Positions 55,856-64,000 of a DNA stretch of 64,000 nt are shown here, piece by piece. Below the pieces are notes generated by a model. The model did not search any database. It was not told where the DNA came from and saw only the letters and a program-made list of their open reading frames with translations. The stretch comes from Candidatus Hydrogenedentota bacterium (lineage in GTDB: Bacteria; Hydrogenedentota; Hydrogenedentia; Hydrogenedentales; SLHB01): positions 128,001-192,000 of the forward strand of contig BTVY01000003.1 in NCBI GenBank assembly GCA_045863335.1, given 5' to 3'. How positions within the stretch are numbered: the first letter of the stretch is position 1; each line of letters opens with the position of its first letter. Position numbers and translations under genes: made by a program.

Positions 55856-56796
55856 TCACTGGACTCCAGTGGCTGTTCGCGCCAATAGTCGAGCAAGTCC
55901 TGAAGCATGGTCTCGAAAGTTGCCTTCGGTTCCCAGCCCGTAGCCGTCGAGAGCTTCTCGCGTGAACCCCGCACCTCGGGAATGTCGACGCGCCGGAGCC
56001 GCTCCGGGTCGACGTGGATTTGGACGTCGACCGTCGCCAGCTTCTGCAGCGATTCCAGTGCCGAACCAATGGTCCATGAATCGCCGGAGCAAACGTTATA
56101 GGCTTCGCCAGCCTGACCGTGAAGCGCGATGGCCTCGTAGGCTCGAACGACATCTTTCACGTGCAGGAAATCCCGCGCCACGTCCAAGTTCCCAACCTGA
56201 AGTACCGGTTCGGCCAGCCCCCGTTCGATTCGTGCAAACTGCCGGGCGAAGTTCGACAGCACGAACTGCGGCGACTGGCCGGGGCCTGAATGATTGAAGG
56301 GGCGGACGCGAATCGCGTCCATCCCGTAGTTCCGGAAGAGGTACTCGCAATAGGCGTCCGCGGCGGCCTTGGAAATGGCGTAGGGCTCATTCGGCTGAAG
56401 CGGGTGGTTTTCGTCGATGGGGATAGCGCGGGGGATGCCATAGACGGCGGCGCTTCCGATGTACAGGAAGCGCGCTTTCGGCGTCAATCCGCGAACTGCC
56501 TCGGCGAGCCGGATGGTCCCGTTGAGATTGATGTCCATGGTCCGCGCGGGATAGGCCTGCGACGAGGGGATAAAGGTGACTGCCGCCAGGTGGAACACGT
56601 GGGTAACCGGTCCCGCCCATTGGACGAGCGCCTCTACTTGGGCATCGTCCGAGATGTCGCACCCAAAGGCCGACTCGTCCTCGGCGGTCCCCGGCAGGAC
56701 GCTGGACCGCAGATTCCATCCCGAAGCGCGAAGATGGCCGGTCAAAAAGCGTCCGACGAATCCATTTGCTCCGGTTACCAGCGCCAATCGTTCCAT
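55852..56796 (-). CDS. Extended SDR, GDP-4-dehydro-6-deoxy-D-mannose reductase (Rmd)-like
   Basis: TGANGFVG, YAISK, RPFNHSGPGQ and GNLDVARDF motifs. Confidence 0.8.
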   Translation of the reverse strand: MERLALVTGANGFVGRFLTGHLRASGWNLRSSVLPGTAEDESAFGCDISDDAQVEALVQWAGPVTHVFHLAAVTFIPSSQAYPARTMDINLNGTIRLAEAVRGLTPKARFLYIGSAAVYGIPRAIPIDENHPLQPNEPYAISKAAADAYCEYLFRNYGMDAIRVRPFNHSGPGQSPQFVLSNFARQFARIERGLAEPVLQVGNLDVARDFLHVKDVVRAYEAIALHGQAGEAYNVCSGDSWTIGSALESLQKLATVDVQIHVDPERLRRVDIPEVRGSREKLSTATGWEPKATFETMLQDLLDYWREQPLESSE

Positions 56797-56805
56797 GAGG
56801 GAATC

Positions 56806-58113
56806 TTACACGCTGGGACGGCCGACACTGAAGTACCGGAAGCCCGCCTTTTCGAGCACGCTCGCCGTGTAGAGATTGCGGCCGTCGAAGATGACCTTCT
56901 CCCGCATCAGATCGCCCATGCGCTCGTAGTCGGGCCGCCGGAATTCGTTCCATTCCGTGGTAATGACCAAGCCGTCCGCTTCCTGCAACGCCGCGTAGTT
57001 CTTCGGCACGACGGTAATACGGTCGCCATAGACGTGCGCGAGATTCCGGTCGGCCACGGGATCGTACACCGTGATTGCCGCGCCCGCCTCTAGCAACGCG
57101 TCGATAACATGCAACGCCGGCCCGTCCCTAAGGTCGTCCGTCTTCGGTTTGAAACTCGCGCCCCACACAGCGATACGCTTTCCTTTGATCCTCTCGCCGT
57201 AGTGAGCGAGGATCGTTTCGATGAAGCGTTGCTGCTGCTCGCGGTTTACCGCCGAAACCGCTTTCATGATGTGGGTATCGAGCCCTCTCGCCTCGGCCAT
57301 CTTCGCGCAGGCCACTACGTCCTTCGGCAGACAGGAGCCCCCGAAACCAATGCCGGGGAATAGGTACGCGGGTCCGATGCGGGAATCGGCGGCGACGCCT
57401 TCGCGGACCTCTCCGATATCTGCTCCATAGGCTTCGCACAGAGTCGCCATCTCATTCATGAAGGAAATGCGCGTGGCAAGCATGGCGTTGACGGCGTACT
57501 TCGCCATTTCCGCGCTGCGAATGGACATAAGCAACAGCGGTTTGCCCGTCCGGAGAAATGGCGCATATAGCTCCTTCATGATCTCCTCGACGCGCACGTC
57601 GTCGCATCCGACGACAATGCGGTCGGGCCGCATGAAATCGTCCACCGCCGATCCTTGCCGCAAAAACTCCGGATTCACGACCACGTCGAAGGATTGAGAC
57701 GTGGACTCGGCAAGCCGGTCGCGGATTTCTTCGGTAGAGCCGACGGGACAAGTGCTTTTGTTCACCACGATGCGGTACCCGTCGATGGCCTTACCGATGG
57801 CGTCAACCACGCTGAAGACCTGGGACGTGTCAGCTCCCCCATCGGGAAGAGGAGGTGTGCCCACGCAGATGAAAATCAGGAGTACGTCTTTGACCGCCTC
57901 GTCGAGAGCGGTTGTAAACTTGAGCCGCTCTTCTTCCATGTTACGAACGACGAGTTCTTCGAGGCCGGGTTCGTAGATGGGCATCTCGCCCGCCTGTAGC
58001 ATGGCGATCTTGGCCTCGTCGATGTCCATGCACTTGACGTAGTGGCCGTTTTCGGCGAGACCGGTACCGACGACCAGCCCGACGTGCCCGGTGCCGACAA
58101 CCGCGATTTTCAT
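56806..58113 (-). CDS. ugd: UDP-glucose/GDP-mannose dehydrogenase family
   Basis: GTGHVG, CVGTP, KST.PVG, NPEFLRQG, GFGGSCLPKD and FKPKTDDLR motifs. Confidence 0.9.
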   Translation of the reverse strand: MKIAVVGTGHVGLVVGTGLAENGHYVKCMDIDEAKIAMLQAGEMPIYEPGLEELVVRNMEEERLKFTTALDEAVKDVLLIFICVGTPPLPDGGADTSQVFSVVDAIGKAIDGYRIVVNKSTCPVGSTEEIRDRLAESTSQSFDVVVNPEFLRQGSAVDDFMRPDRIVVGCDDVRVEEIMKELYAPFLRTGKPLLLMSIRSAEMAKYAVNAMLATRISFMNEMATLCEAYGADIGEVREGVAADSRIGPAYLFPGIGFGGSCLPKDVVACAKMAEARGLDTHIMKAVSAVNREQQQRFIETILAHYGERIKGKRIAVWGASFKPKTDDLRDGPALHVIDALLEAGAAITVYDPVADRNLAHVYGDRITVVPKNYAALQEADGLVITTEWNEFRRPDYERMGDLMREKVIFDGRNLYTASVLEKAGFRYFSVGRPSV

Positions 58114-61100
58114 TAGTTCTCGCCCCCAAGATATCCGAGTGCGCCAAGTTCTTCTTCGAGAGCGGACGTGTCCGCGACCGCTTGAGGCTCTACCGCGTTC
58201 TCCAACGCGGCCGCCTGCATCTGATCGATAAGGCCAAACATGGTCTCTTCCAACGTGGGATTCTGCCCGGCCAGGTTGTTGGTCTCACCCGGGTCAGTCG
58301 CCACGTCGTACAGCTCCACGGGCAACAGTCCGCGTTTGTTGCCTTCGTTCGCTTTGATGAGTTTGGCGTCCATCGTGCGCGCGGCCTGAAGAACGATTCC
58401 CTCGAAGTCGAGGTGTGAATAGGTAATGCGGCCGTCGGCATTCCCGGCACTGAGATTGTCCGCAAGGAACAACGACTTACCCTGCATGGCCGGTGCGGGA
58501 GGCAGCCCGGCGAACTGCAGCAGCGTGGGGGCGAGATCCACGTGGCGTGTCATGTGCGCGTTGGTTTCGCCGGCCAACTGGTTTCCCGGCAGCTTAATCA
58601 TCAAGGGAATTCCGATCTGCTCGTCGTACAAGGTCAGGCCATGCCACCAGCCGCCATGTTCGCAGAACTCTTCGCCGTGGTCGGACGTGAACACGATGAC
58701 GGAGTTGTCGTAAAACCCGCGATCTTTCAACTCCTGAACCAAATTGCCAAGAGACGCATCAAAATGCTCGATCTCGCCGTTGTACACGCGCTGGAAGAGT
58801 TCCCGGTATTTCGCGGGGTCCAAATCCGTTCCCAGCCGTACCCGCGCGTAGCCCACGCCAGGGTCGGTGTGATCCATGTAGGGATCATGCGGGTCCATGT
58901 AATGCAGGAAAAGCAGGAACGGCGCATCGGACGGCCGCGCTTCGCTATCGAGCCAATCCACAGCGCGACTCGTTACGTCCTCCGCGGGCTGATAGAAGTC
59001 TCGCACGTTGATACGTCCGCCGGTCAGTTTGCCCACGAGCATCTGATAAACCTGGCGCAGCGTCTTGTAGAGTACCATTTTCTCAGCGGACTGTCCTGCC
59101 CCGAAGAGATACTGCGGCCGCAGGTACTCGTACTCCACGAACCCCTGGCCATAATTGTAGGTATCGGCGATGTTGGGATTGTTGGCGTAGCCCTGCGTAA
59201 AGTAGCCCGCCTCGCGAAGAACCTCCGAAAACGTCGTCACATCATCCGGCAGCACGGAATCTTTTTGCACCGCCGTATGGGCTTCGGGATACATGCCGGT
59301 GAAGATCGTCGCAAAAGACGCTTTTGTCCACGACGACTGCGCAAACGCGTTGTCGTAGAGAACGGAATCGGCCCGGAGCGCGTCAATGTTCGGCGTGTTT
59401 GCCGCTGCGTCCGGGTTGTAGGCGCGAAGGTAGTCCGCGCGCAGGGTATCTACCGCGATCAGGATGATGTTGGGACCTGATGCGCCTGCGGTGCCCTCGA
59501 AAGACAGCGCCTTCGCGGGCGGAAGCTTGCTGATGGACAGACCCAAACCAATCAACACGATACCCACAAAAAGCACTGCGGCGGTGATACCGGTCTGCAC
59601 GCGGGTACGTCCACTGATGGCCATGATGGCAGCGCCGCCCAGCACACCCAGCACCGCGACGAGCAGAGCCAATCCCCCCAATGCGGCAAAGTTCAGGATC
59701 GAGAGCCCGTGTTCCCCGAGCACGTCCTGGGAGTACCGGAATCGTCCGATAACGATCAGACCTGCTCCGAGCGTGCCGCCGAGACACAAACCGAACGCGA
59801 TAGCCCTGGAGACGAAGCGGTCGACGAGAAGGGAAAGGAAACCCAGCGCGCCCGCAATCCCGAGGCCTAGTCCGGTGAATAGAAGCCCATAGACCAGGGG
59901 ACCCCACCAGAACGCGACCATCTCGGTGAGGCCGGCTTGACGGCTGACGAGCCAACTGCCCTCGCCAAGACCCACGATGGCGCCGCCCACGAGCCCGGCC
60001 GCCGCACCCGCGACCGCGTAGTCCGTCAGTTTCTCGCGATAGCCGGCGATCGCCTCCGGCGCGAGGTGGAGACCCTCGCCCTCGATCTCCCTCGCCGCCT
60101 CGCGCGCTTCCGCCAAGCGCTCCTGGACCTGCACTTTGGACGGACGCCGGTGGAAGGGCAGCATCACGATTCCGATGAGAAAGGGCACGAGTTCGCCTAT
60201 CCACCAGCCCAAGTGTGCAAAGGTGGCCGCTGTCGCCGCGCCGCTCTTTCCGGACAACAAGGTGACGAACACAATCTCGCGAATGCCCTCGCCGCCGATC
60301 GACGGTCCGAGCACGGTACCGTAGATCATCAACGGACTGGCGAAAAGGATATCGGTCAACCCGGTGTTCTCGGCGCGAATCGACATCATGGTTCCGAAGT
60401 ACATAAAACACGTGGCCAGGTGAACGCCCAAGCCAAAAAGCACCGCCAGCATCAGATTGCGGCGGCTACCGCTGTACGCCGTTACTGCGGCCCCCAGCTT
60501 GTCGATCTTGGTCCGGATCGCTGCGGGCGTGGGGAAGACCGCGACCAGCACTTGGATGATGCGGGGATTCAGAAGGGTTACAAATGCGACCGTCACGAAC
60601 GATGCCAGAATCAACAGAATGATGCCGAGTACGGCAACATTGATATTGAGCAGTGCGAATCCTAGCGGAAATGTGAGAAAAACCAGGAACGTAAGCGCGA
60701 CGAACCCGATGAGTTTTTCGACCGCGATGACGGTCGTGCATTTGATCACCTCGCCGGTGTACCGGGACGAGTCGATCAGGCGCCATCCATCGAGCCCAAT
60801 CGTCCCTGGCAAAAAAATCCCGATAGTTCGCCCAATGAACCAGCTACGAACCATGTAGATGAAAGGAAGGGAAATACCTTGTCCATGCAGCAACAATCGC
60901 CAGCGCATGATGCCGCAGAGCAGCCCCGAGAGCTTAATGACCGTCGCAAAGGTTAGCCAGAAGGCGATATTGTGCGCCCCTGCGTCGCGCAGTTCTTGAA
61001 GCATATCGGCCGGCTTGACGCCGCCAAAGGTATCGGGCGCGAAGCCAAAAGCCTGCGGGTAGAACAATAACGTCAATAGTCCTACCGAGACAATAAGCTT

Positions 61101-61145
61101 GATGAGAAACAAAACTACATGCTTGATCTTCATATTGGTTGTCAC
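58113..61145 (-). CDS. Fusion of a UPF0104/LPG-synthase-like flippase TM domain, extra TM helices and a sulfatase-like (alkaline phosphatase superfamily) domain
   Basis: RWRLLL, LPGTIGLD and GEGIRE (UPF0104-like); PNIILIAVDTLRAD, SSWTKAS...TG, HYMDPHDPY, SDHGEEF and LGYL motifs. Confidence 0.85.
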   Translation of the reverse strand: MTTNMKIKHVVLFLIKLIVSVGLLTLLFYPQAFGFAPDTFGGVKPADMLQELRDAGAHNIAFWLTFATVIKLSGLLCGIMRWRLLLHGQGISLPFIYMVRSWFIGRTIGIFLPGTIGLDGWRLIDSSRYTGEVIKCTTVIAVEKLIGFVALTFLVFLTFPLGFALLNINVAVLGIILLILASFVTVAFVTLLNPRIIQVLVAVFPTPAAIRTKIDKLGAAVTAYSGSRRNLMLAVLFGLGVHLATCFMYFGTMMSIRAENTGLTDILFASPLMIYGTVLGPSIGGEGIREIVFVTLLSGKSGAATAATFAHLGWWIGELVPFLIGIVMLPFHRRPSKVQVQERLAEAREAAREIEGEGLHLAPEAIAGYREKLTDYAVAGAAAGLVGGAIVGLGEGSWLVSRQAGLTEMVAFWWGPLVYGLLFTGLGLGIAGALGFLSLLVDRFVSRAIAFGLCLGGTLGAGLIVIGRFRYSQDVLGEHGLSILNFAALGGLALLVAVLGVLGGAAIMAISGRTRVQTGITAAVLFVGIVLIGLGLSISKLPPAKALSFEGTAGASGPNIILIAVDTLRADYLRAYNPDAAANTPNIDALRADSVLYDNAFAQSSWTKASFATIFTGMYPEAHTAVQKDSVLPDDVTTFSEVLREAGYFTQGYANNPNIADTYNYGQGFVEYEYLRPQYLFGAGQSAEKMVLYKTLRQVYQMLVGKLTGGRINVRDFYQPAEDVTSRAVDWLDSEARPSDAPFLLFLHYMDPHDPYMDHTDPGVGYARVRLGTDLDPAKYRELFQRVYNGEIEHFDASLGNLVQELKDRGFYDNSVIVFTSDHGEEFCEHGGWWHGLTLYDEQIGIPLMIKLPGNQLAGETNAHMTRHVDLAPTLLQFAGLPPAPAMQGKSLFLADNLSAGNADGRITYSHLDFEGIVLQAARTMDAKLIKANEGNKRGLLPVELYDVATDPGETNNLAGQNPTLEETMFGLIDQMQAAALENAVEPQAVADTSALEEELGALGYLGGEN

Positions 61146-61357
61146 GGGATCCTGATGGTTAAGTCGTCACGCAGATCTCACACCTACAACGGATCCGCGC
61201 GAAGCCGAAGTCTAGCACGTGGGCACCTGCGGCGCAACTGGTGACGTGCTTGATGCGGCGCGACTTACGGTATCGTTGATGCACAGCGGTTGACACGCGT
61301 CCTTGTCCCCGGTTAGATTCTGCGTCGTTACACTCGCGTGGGAAGGGAAGTTGCAGT

Positions 61358-62368
61358 ATGTCTGTGCAGATGTTGTTTGTCATCAGTTCGCCGCGATCCG
61401 GGAGCACGATGCTGGAGCGCATGCTCGAATCGCACTCCATGATCAAAGGCGGACCAGAACCGCACCTGCTCACCCCGCTGGCCCATCTTGGCGTGTGGGA
61501 TAATGTGCAGAAGGCCCCCTACGACCACGTCCTCGCCGCGGAAGCGCAGAAGCTCTTCATCGACCAGCTCCCGAACAAGCAGCAGGACTACTGGGACGCC
61601 TGCCGCGCCTATTGCGATACTTTGTACGGCCGGTACTTGGAAGGGGGTAAGGAAACCATCTGCCTCGACAAGACTCCTGCCTACGGGTTAATCCTGCCCT
61701 TCATGATGAAGGTATTTCCGGACGCCAAGTTTGTGGTTCTTACACGGCATCCGCTGGCGACGTTCTCATCCTTTGCGAACTCGTTTTTCGACGGCGACTA
61801 CCAGGTCGCCCAGAAGTACAATCCCATTCTCAACCGCTACGTCCCGGCGATTGCCGCGTTCTTGCGGCAGGACACCGTGCCCTATTTCCACGTGAAGTAC
61901 GAGGACCTGGTGAAGGACCCGGAATTGTGGATGGAGAAGATCTACGGCTACATCGGCGTACCCTTTGAAAAGGACACGATCGATTACGGCAGCAAGGAGC
62001 CCGAAACGGCGAAAGGCCTGGGCGATCCGATCGGCGTCAAGCAGTACTCGCGGCCCACGACCGCGTCGGTGAAGAAGTGGGTGGAAGATCTCGCCGCCGA
62101 TCCGGCGAAACTGGCGCTGATGCAGGAAGTAATCGCCCAGATCGATTCCGAAGATCTGGCGACCTGCGGGTATCCTGCGGACACGATTTGGAAGCCCCTC
62201 GAAGAGCTGGGGGACCGCCGCCCGGAGATGAAGAAAGCGCCCATGAGCCGCTACCGGCTCCAGCGTAAGCTCATCGTGAAACTCCGCGCCATGGCGCAGC
62301 GGGGTGGAGCCTTCCGCAAAGTCCTCCAGAAACTGCGTCTCACCTGCGATGTGCTCCTTAGAGAGTGA
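61358..62368 (+). CDS. PAPS-dependent sulfotransferase family protein
   Basis: 5'-PSB loop SSPRSGSTML; DKTP; 3'-PB RHP...SS; KYEDLV. Confidence 0.9.
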   Translation: MSVQMLFVISSPRSGSTMLERMLESHSMIKGGPEPHLLTPLAHLGVWDNVQKAPYDHVLAAEAQKLFIDQLPNKQQDYWDACRAYCDTLYGRYLEGGKETICLDKTPAYGLILPFMMKVFPDAKFVVLTRHPLATFSSFANSFFDGDYQVAQKYNPILNRYVPAIAAFLRQDTVPYFHVKYEDLVKDPELWMEKIYGYIGVPFEKDTIDYGSKEPETAKGLGDPIGVKQYSRPTTASVKKWVEDLAADPAKLALMQEVIAQIDSEDLATCGYPADTIWKPLEELGDRRPEMKKAPMSRYRLQRKLIVKLRAMAQRGGAFRKVLQKLRLTCDVLLRE

Positions 62369-62390
62369 CCGCGTATTTAAAATAGTGGTC

Positions 62391-62951
62391 TTACCCCTTG
62401 TAGGTGAAGTTATACTCGGCGTCGCGAAGCGAAGGTGCAACCGCATCCTTATCCGAAACCACGGTTGGCTCGAAGGGCCACTCGATCCCGATCTCCGGGT
62501 CCGCGTAGTGGAGCGCGCGCTCGGCTTCCGGTTTCCACGTTGACGTGCACTTGTACAAGACCAAGGTGTCCGGCTCCAGCGCGAGAAATCCGTGGGCAAA
62601 CCCCACCGGCACCCACAAGGCCTCTCCGTGTTCGGCGCGCAGAGTGCGGCCAACCCATTTCCCAAAGGTCGGAGAACCCTTGCGAAGGTCTACGGCCGCA
62701 TCAAAGATGGAACCCGAAACGGGCCGCACAAACTTGCCCATCCCGTAGGGATCAATCTGATAATGCATGCCGCGGATGGTCCCCTTCGCGGAGAAGCTGA
62801 GGTTGTCCTGTACGAAGGTCTCGTTAAACCCCGCCGCCTCGTAGTTCGGCTTCGAATGGACCTCCGTGAAGTATCCCCGGCTGTCGCGAAACAAGGGGGA
62901 CACGACGAACTGAACGGCCTCGATCTCGGTCGGGGTAATCGTTACAGGCAT
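62391..62951 (-). CDS. rmlC: dTDP-4-dehydrorhamnose 3,5-epimerase
   Basis: DSRGYF, FVQDN.S.S, RGMHYQ, VDLRKGSPTFG and GFAHGF motifs. Confidence 0.92.
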   Translation of the reverse strand: MPVTITPTEIEAVQFVVSPLFRDSRGYFTEVHSKPNYEAAGFNETFVQDNLSFSAKGTIRGMHYQIDPYGMGKFVRPVSGSIFDAAVDLRKGSPTFGKWVGRTLRAEHGEALWVPVGFAHGFLALEPDTLVLYKCTSTWKPEAERALHYADPEIGIEWPFEPTVVSDKDAVAPSLRDAEYNFTYKG

Positions 62952-62967
62952 GAACCACTCGTCTCCA

Positions 62968-63978
62968 TCAAGGAACTGGGGCGGCGCCGGCGTTTTGCTC
63001 GTATTGCGCGAGCCGCAGGTCCGCGTCGGTCATCAATCGCGCCAGTTCTTCAAAAGTCACCTTGGGTTCCCACCCCAATTCCTTGTGCGCCTTGCTCGCG
63101 TCGCCGACCAGGACATCAACTTCGGTGGGCCGGAAATAGCGCGGATCGATCTCGACGTACTTCTTGTAGTCCATATCGAGGTGGGAAAAGACCACATCCA
63201 GGAACTCGCGCACCGTGTGGGTCTCGCCCGTCGCGATGACGAAATCGTCGGGCTTGTCATGCTGCAGCATGAGCCACATGGCCTCGACATAATCTTTCGC
63301 ATACCCCCAGTCGCGCTTCGCATCCAGGTTGCCCAGGTAGATCTTGTCCTGAAGTCCCAACTTGATGCGAGCCGCCGCACGGGTAATCTTCCGCGTGACG
63401 AACGTTCCTCCGCGCCGGGGCGATTCGTGATTGAAGAGGATGCCGTTGCAGGCGAACATGTCGTAGGCTTCGCGGTAGTTCACGGTCACCCAGTAGGAGA
63501 ATACCTTCGCCGCGCCGTAGGGGCTGCGGGGATAGAACGGCGTCTCCTCACTTTGCGGCACTTCGCGGGCCTTGCCGTACATCTCGCTGCTGGACGCCTG
63601 GTAAAACCGGGCCTTGGGTGCAACCTTTCGGATTGCTTCCAGCAATCGAATGGTGCCCACACCAGTAACGTCCGACGTGAATACGGGCGCGTCGAAGCTC
63701 ACACGCACGTGGCTTTGCGCGCCCAGATGGTAAACTTCGTCCGGCTGAATCCCGCCGACGACGGAAACCAGTCCTGCATCATCCGCAAGATCGCCGAAAT
63801 GGAGAAAGAGGCGGGTGCCGGATTGGTGCGGATCCTGATAAATATGATCGATGCGCGCCGTGTTAAACGAACTCGAACGGCGGATCAGGCCGTGGACTTC
63901 GTAGCCCTTCTCCAACAGCAACTCGGCGAGATACGATCCATCCTGTCCGGTGATTCCGGTGATCAGTGCTTTCTTCAC
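62968..63978 (-). CDS. gmd: GDP-mannose 4,6-dehydratase
   Basis: [31 protein letters not shown] and NHESPRRG motifs. Confidence 0.97.
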   Translation of the reverse strand: MKKALITGITGQDGSYLAELLLEKGYEVHGLIRRSSSFNTARIDHIYQDPHQSGTRLFLHFGDLADDAGLVSVVGGIQPDEVYHLGAQSHVRVSFDAPVFTSDVTGVGTIRLLEAIRKVAPKARFYQASSSEMYGKAREVPQSEETPFYPRSPYGAAKVFSYWVTVNYREAYDMFACNGILFNHESPRRGGTFVTRKITRAAARIKLGLQDKIYLGNLDAKRDWGYAKDYVEAMWLMLQHDKPDDFVIATGETHTVREFLDVVFSHLDMDYKKYVEIDPRYFRPTEVDVLVGDASKAHKELGWEPKVTFEELARLMTDADLRLAQYEQNAGAAPVP

Positions 63979-64000
63979 GTGATGCCTTCCACTGGCCGGC

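Overview
High-GC bacterial chromosomal window with about 45 genes. The lineage is inferred to be Candidatus Hydrogenedentes-like from protein style only (InlB-B repeats, a GNGILDAAEL...DADNDG domain, GD-TM-basic C-terminal tail); this is unverified. Core or housekeeping content: tpiA, secG, murA, hisD, hisC, ppdK, tRNA-Arg(TCT), a two-permease RND efflux operon, a GH2, a polyphosphate-related HD/YiiX/CHAD/EEP cluster and a surface-glycan cluster (gmd, rmlC, sulfotransferase, flippase-sulfatase-like fusion, ugd, rmd-like, SGNH). Most notable: (1) a 2.24-kb insertion at the 3' end of an RND gene, flanked by a perfect 42-bp direct repeat and containing a REP-associated tyrosine transposase (RAYT) between inverted hairpins plus foreign cargo; (2) an Hsp70-like protein with Asp-to-Arg changes in both phosphate motifs, fused to a TIR domain and a C-terminal membrane anchor, next to the tRNA and converging on an unannotated 33-aa membrane peptide; (3) a UPF0104 flippase-like domain fused to a Thr-nucleophile sulfatase-like domain, divergent from a PAPS sulfotransferase; (4) mirror-image C-rich/G-rich synonymous bias in genes flanking the variable inserts; (5) many unrelated intergenic palindrome families. 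All calls come from reading motifs by eye; no searches were run.
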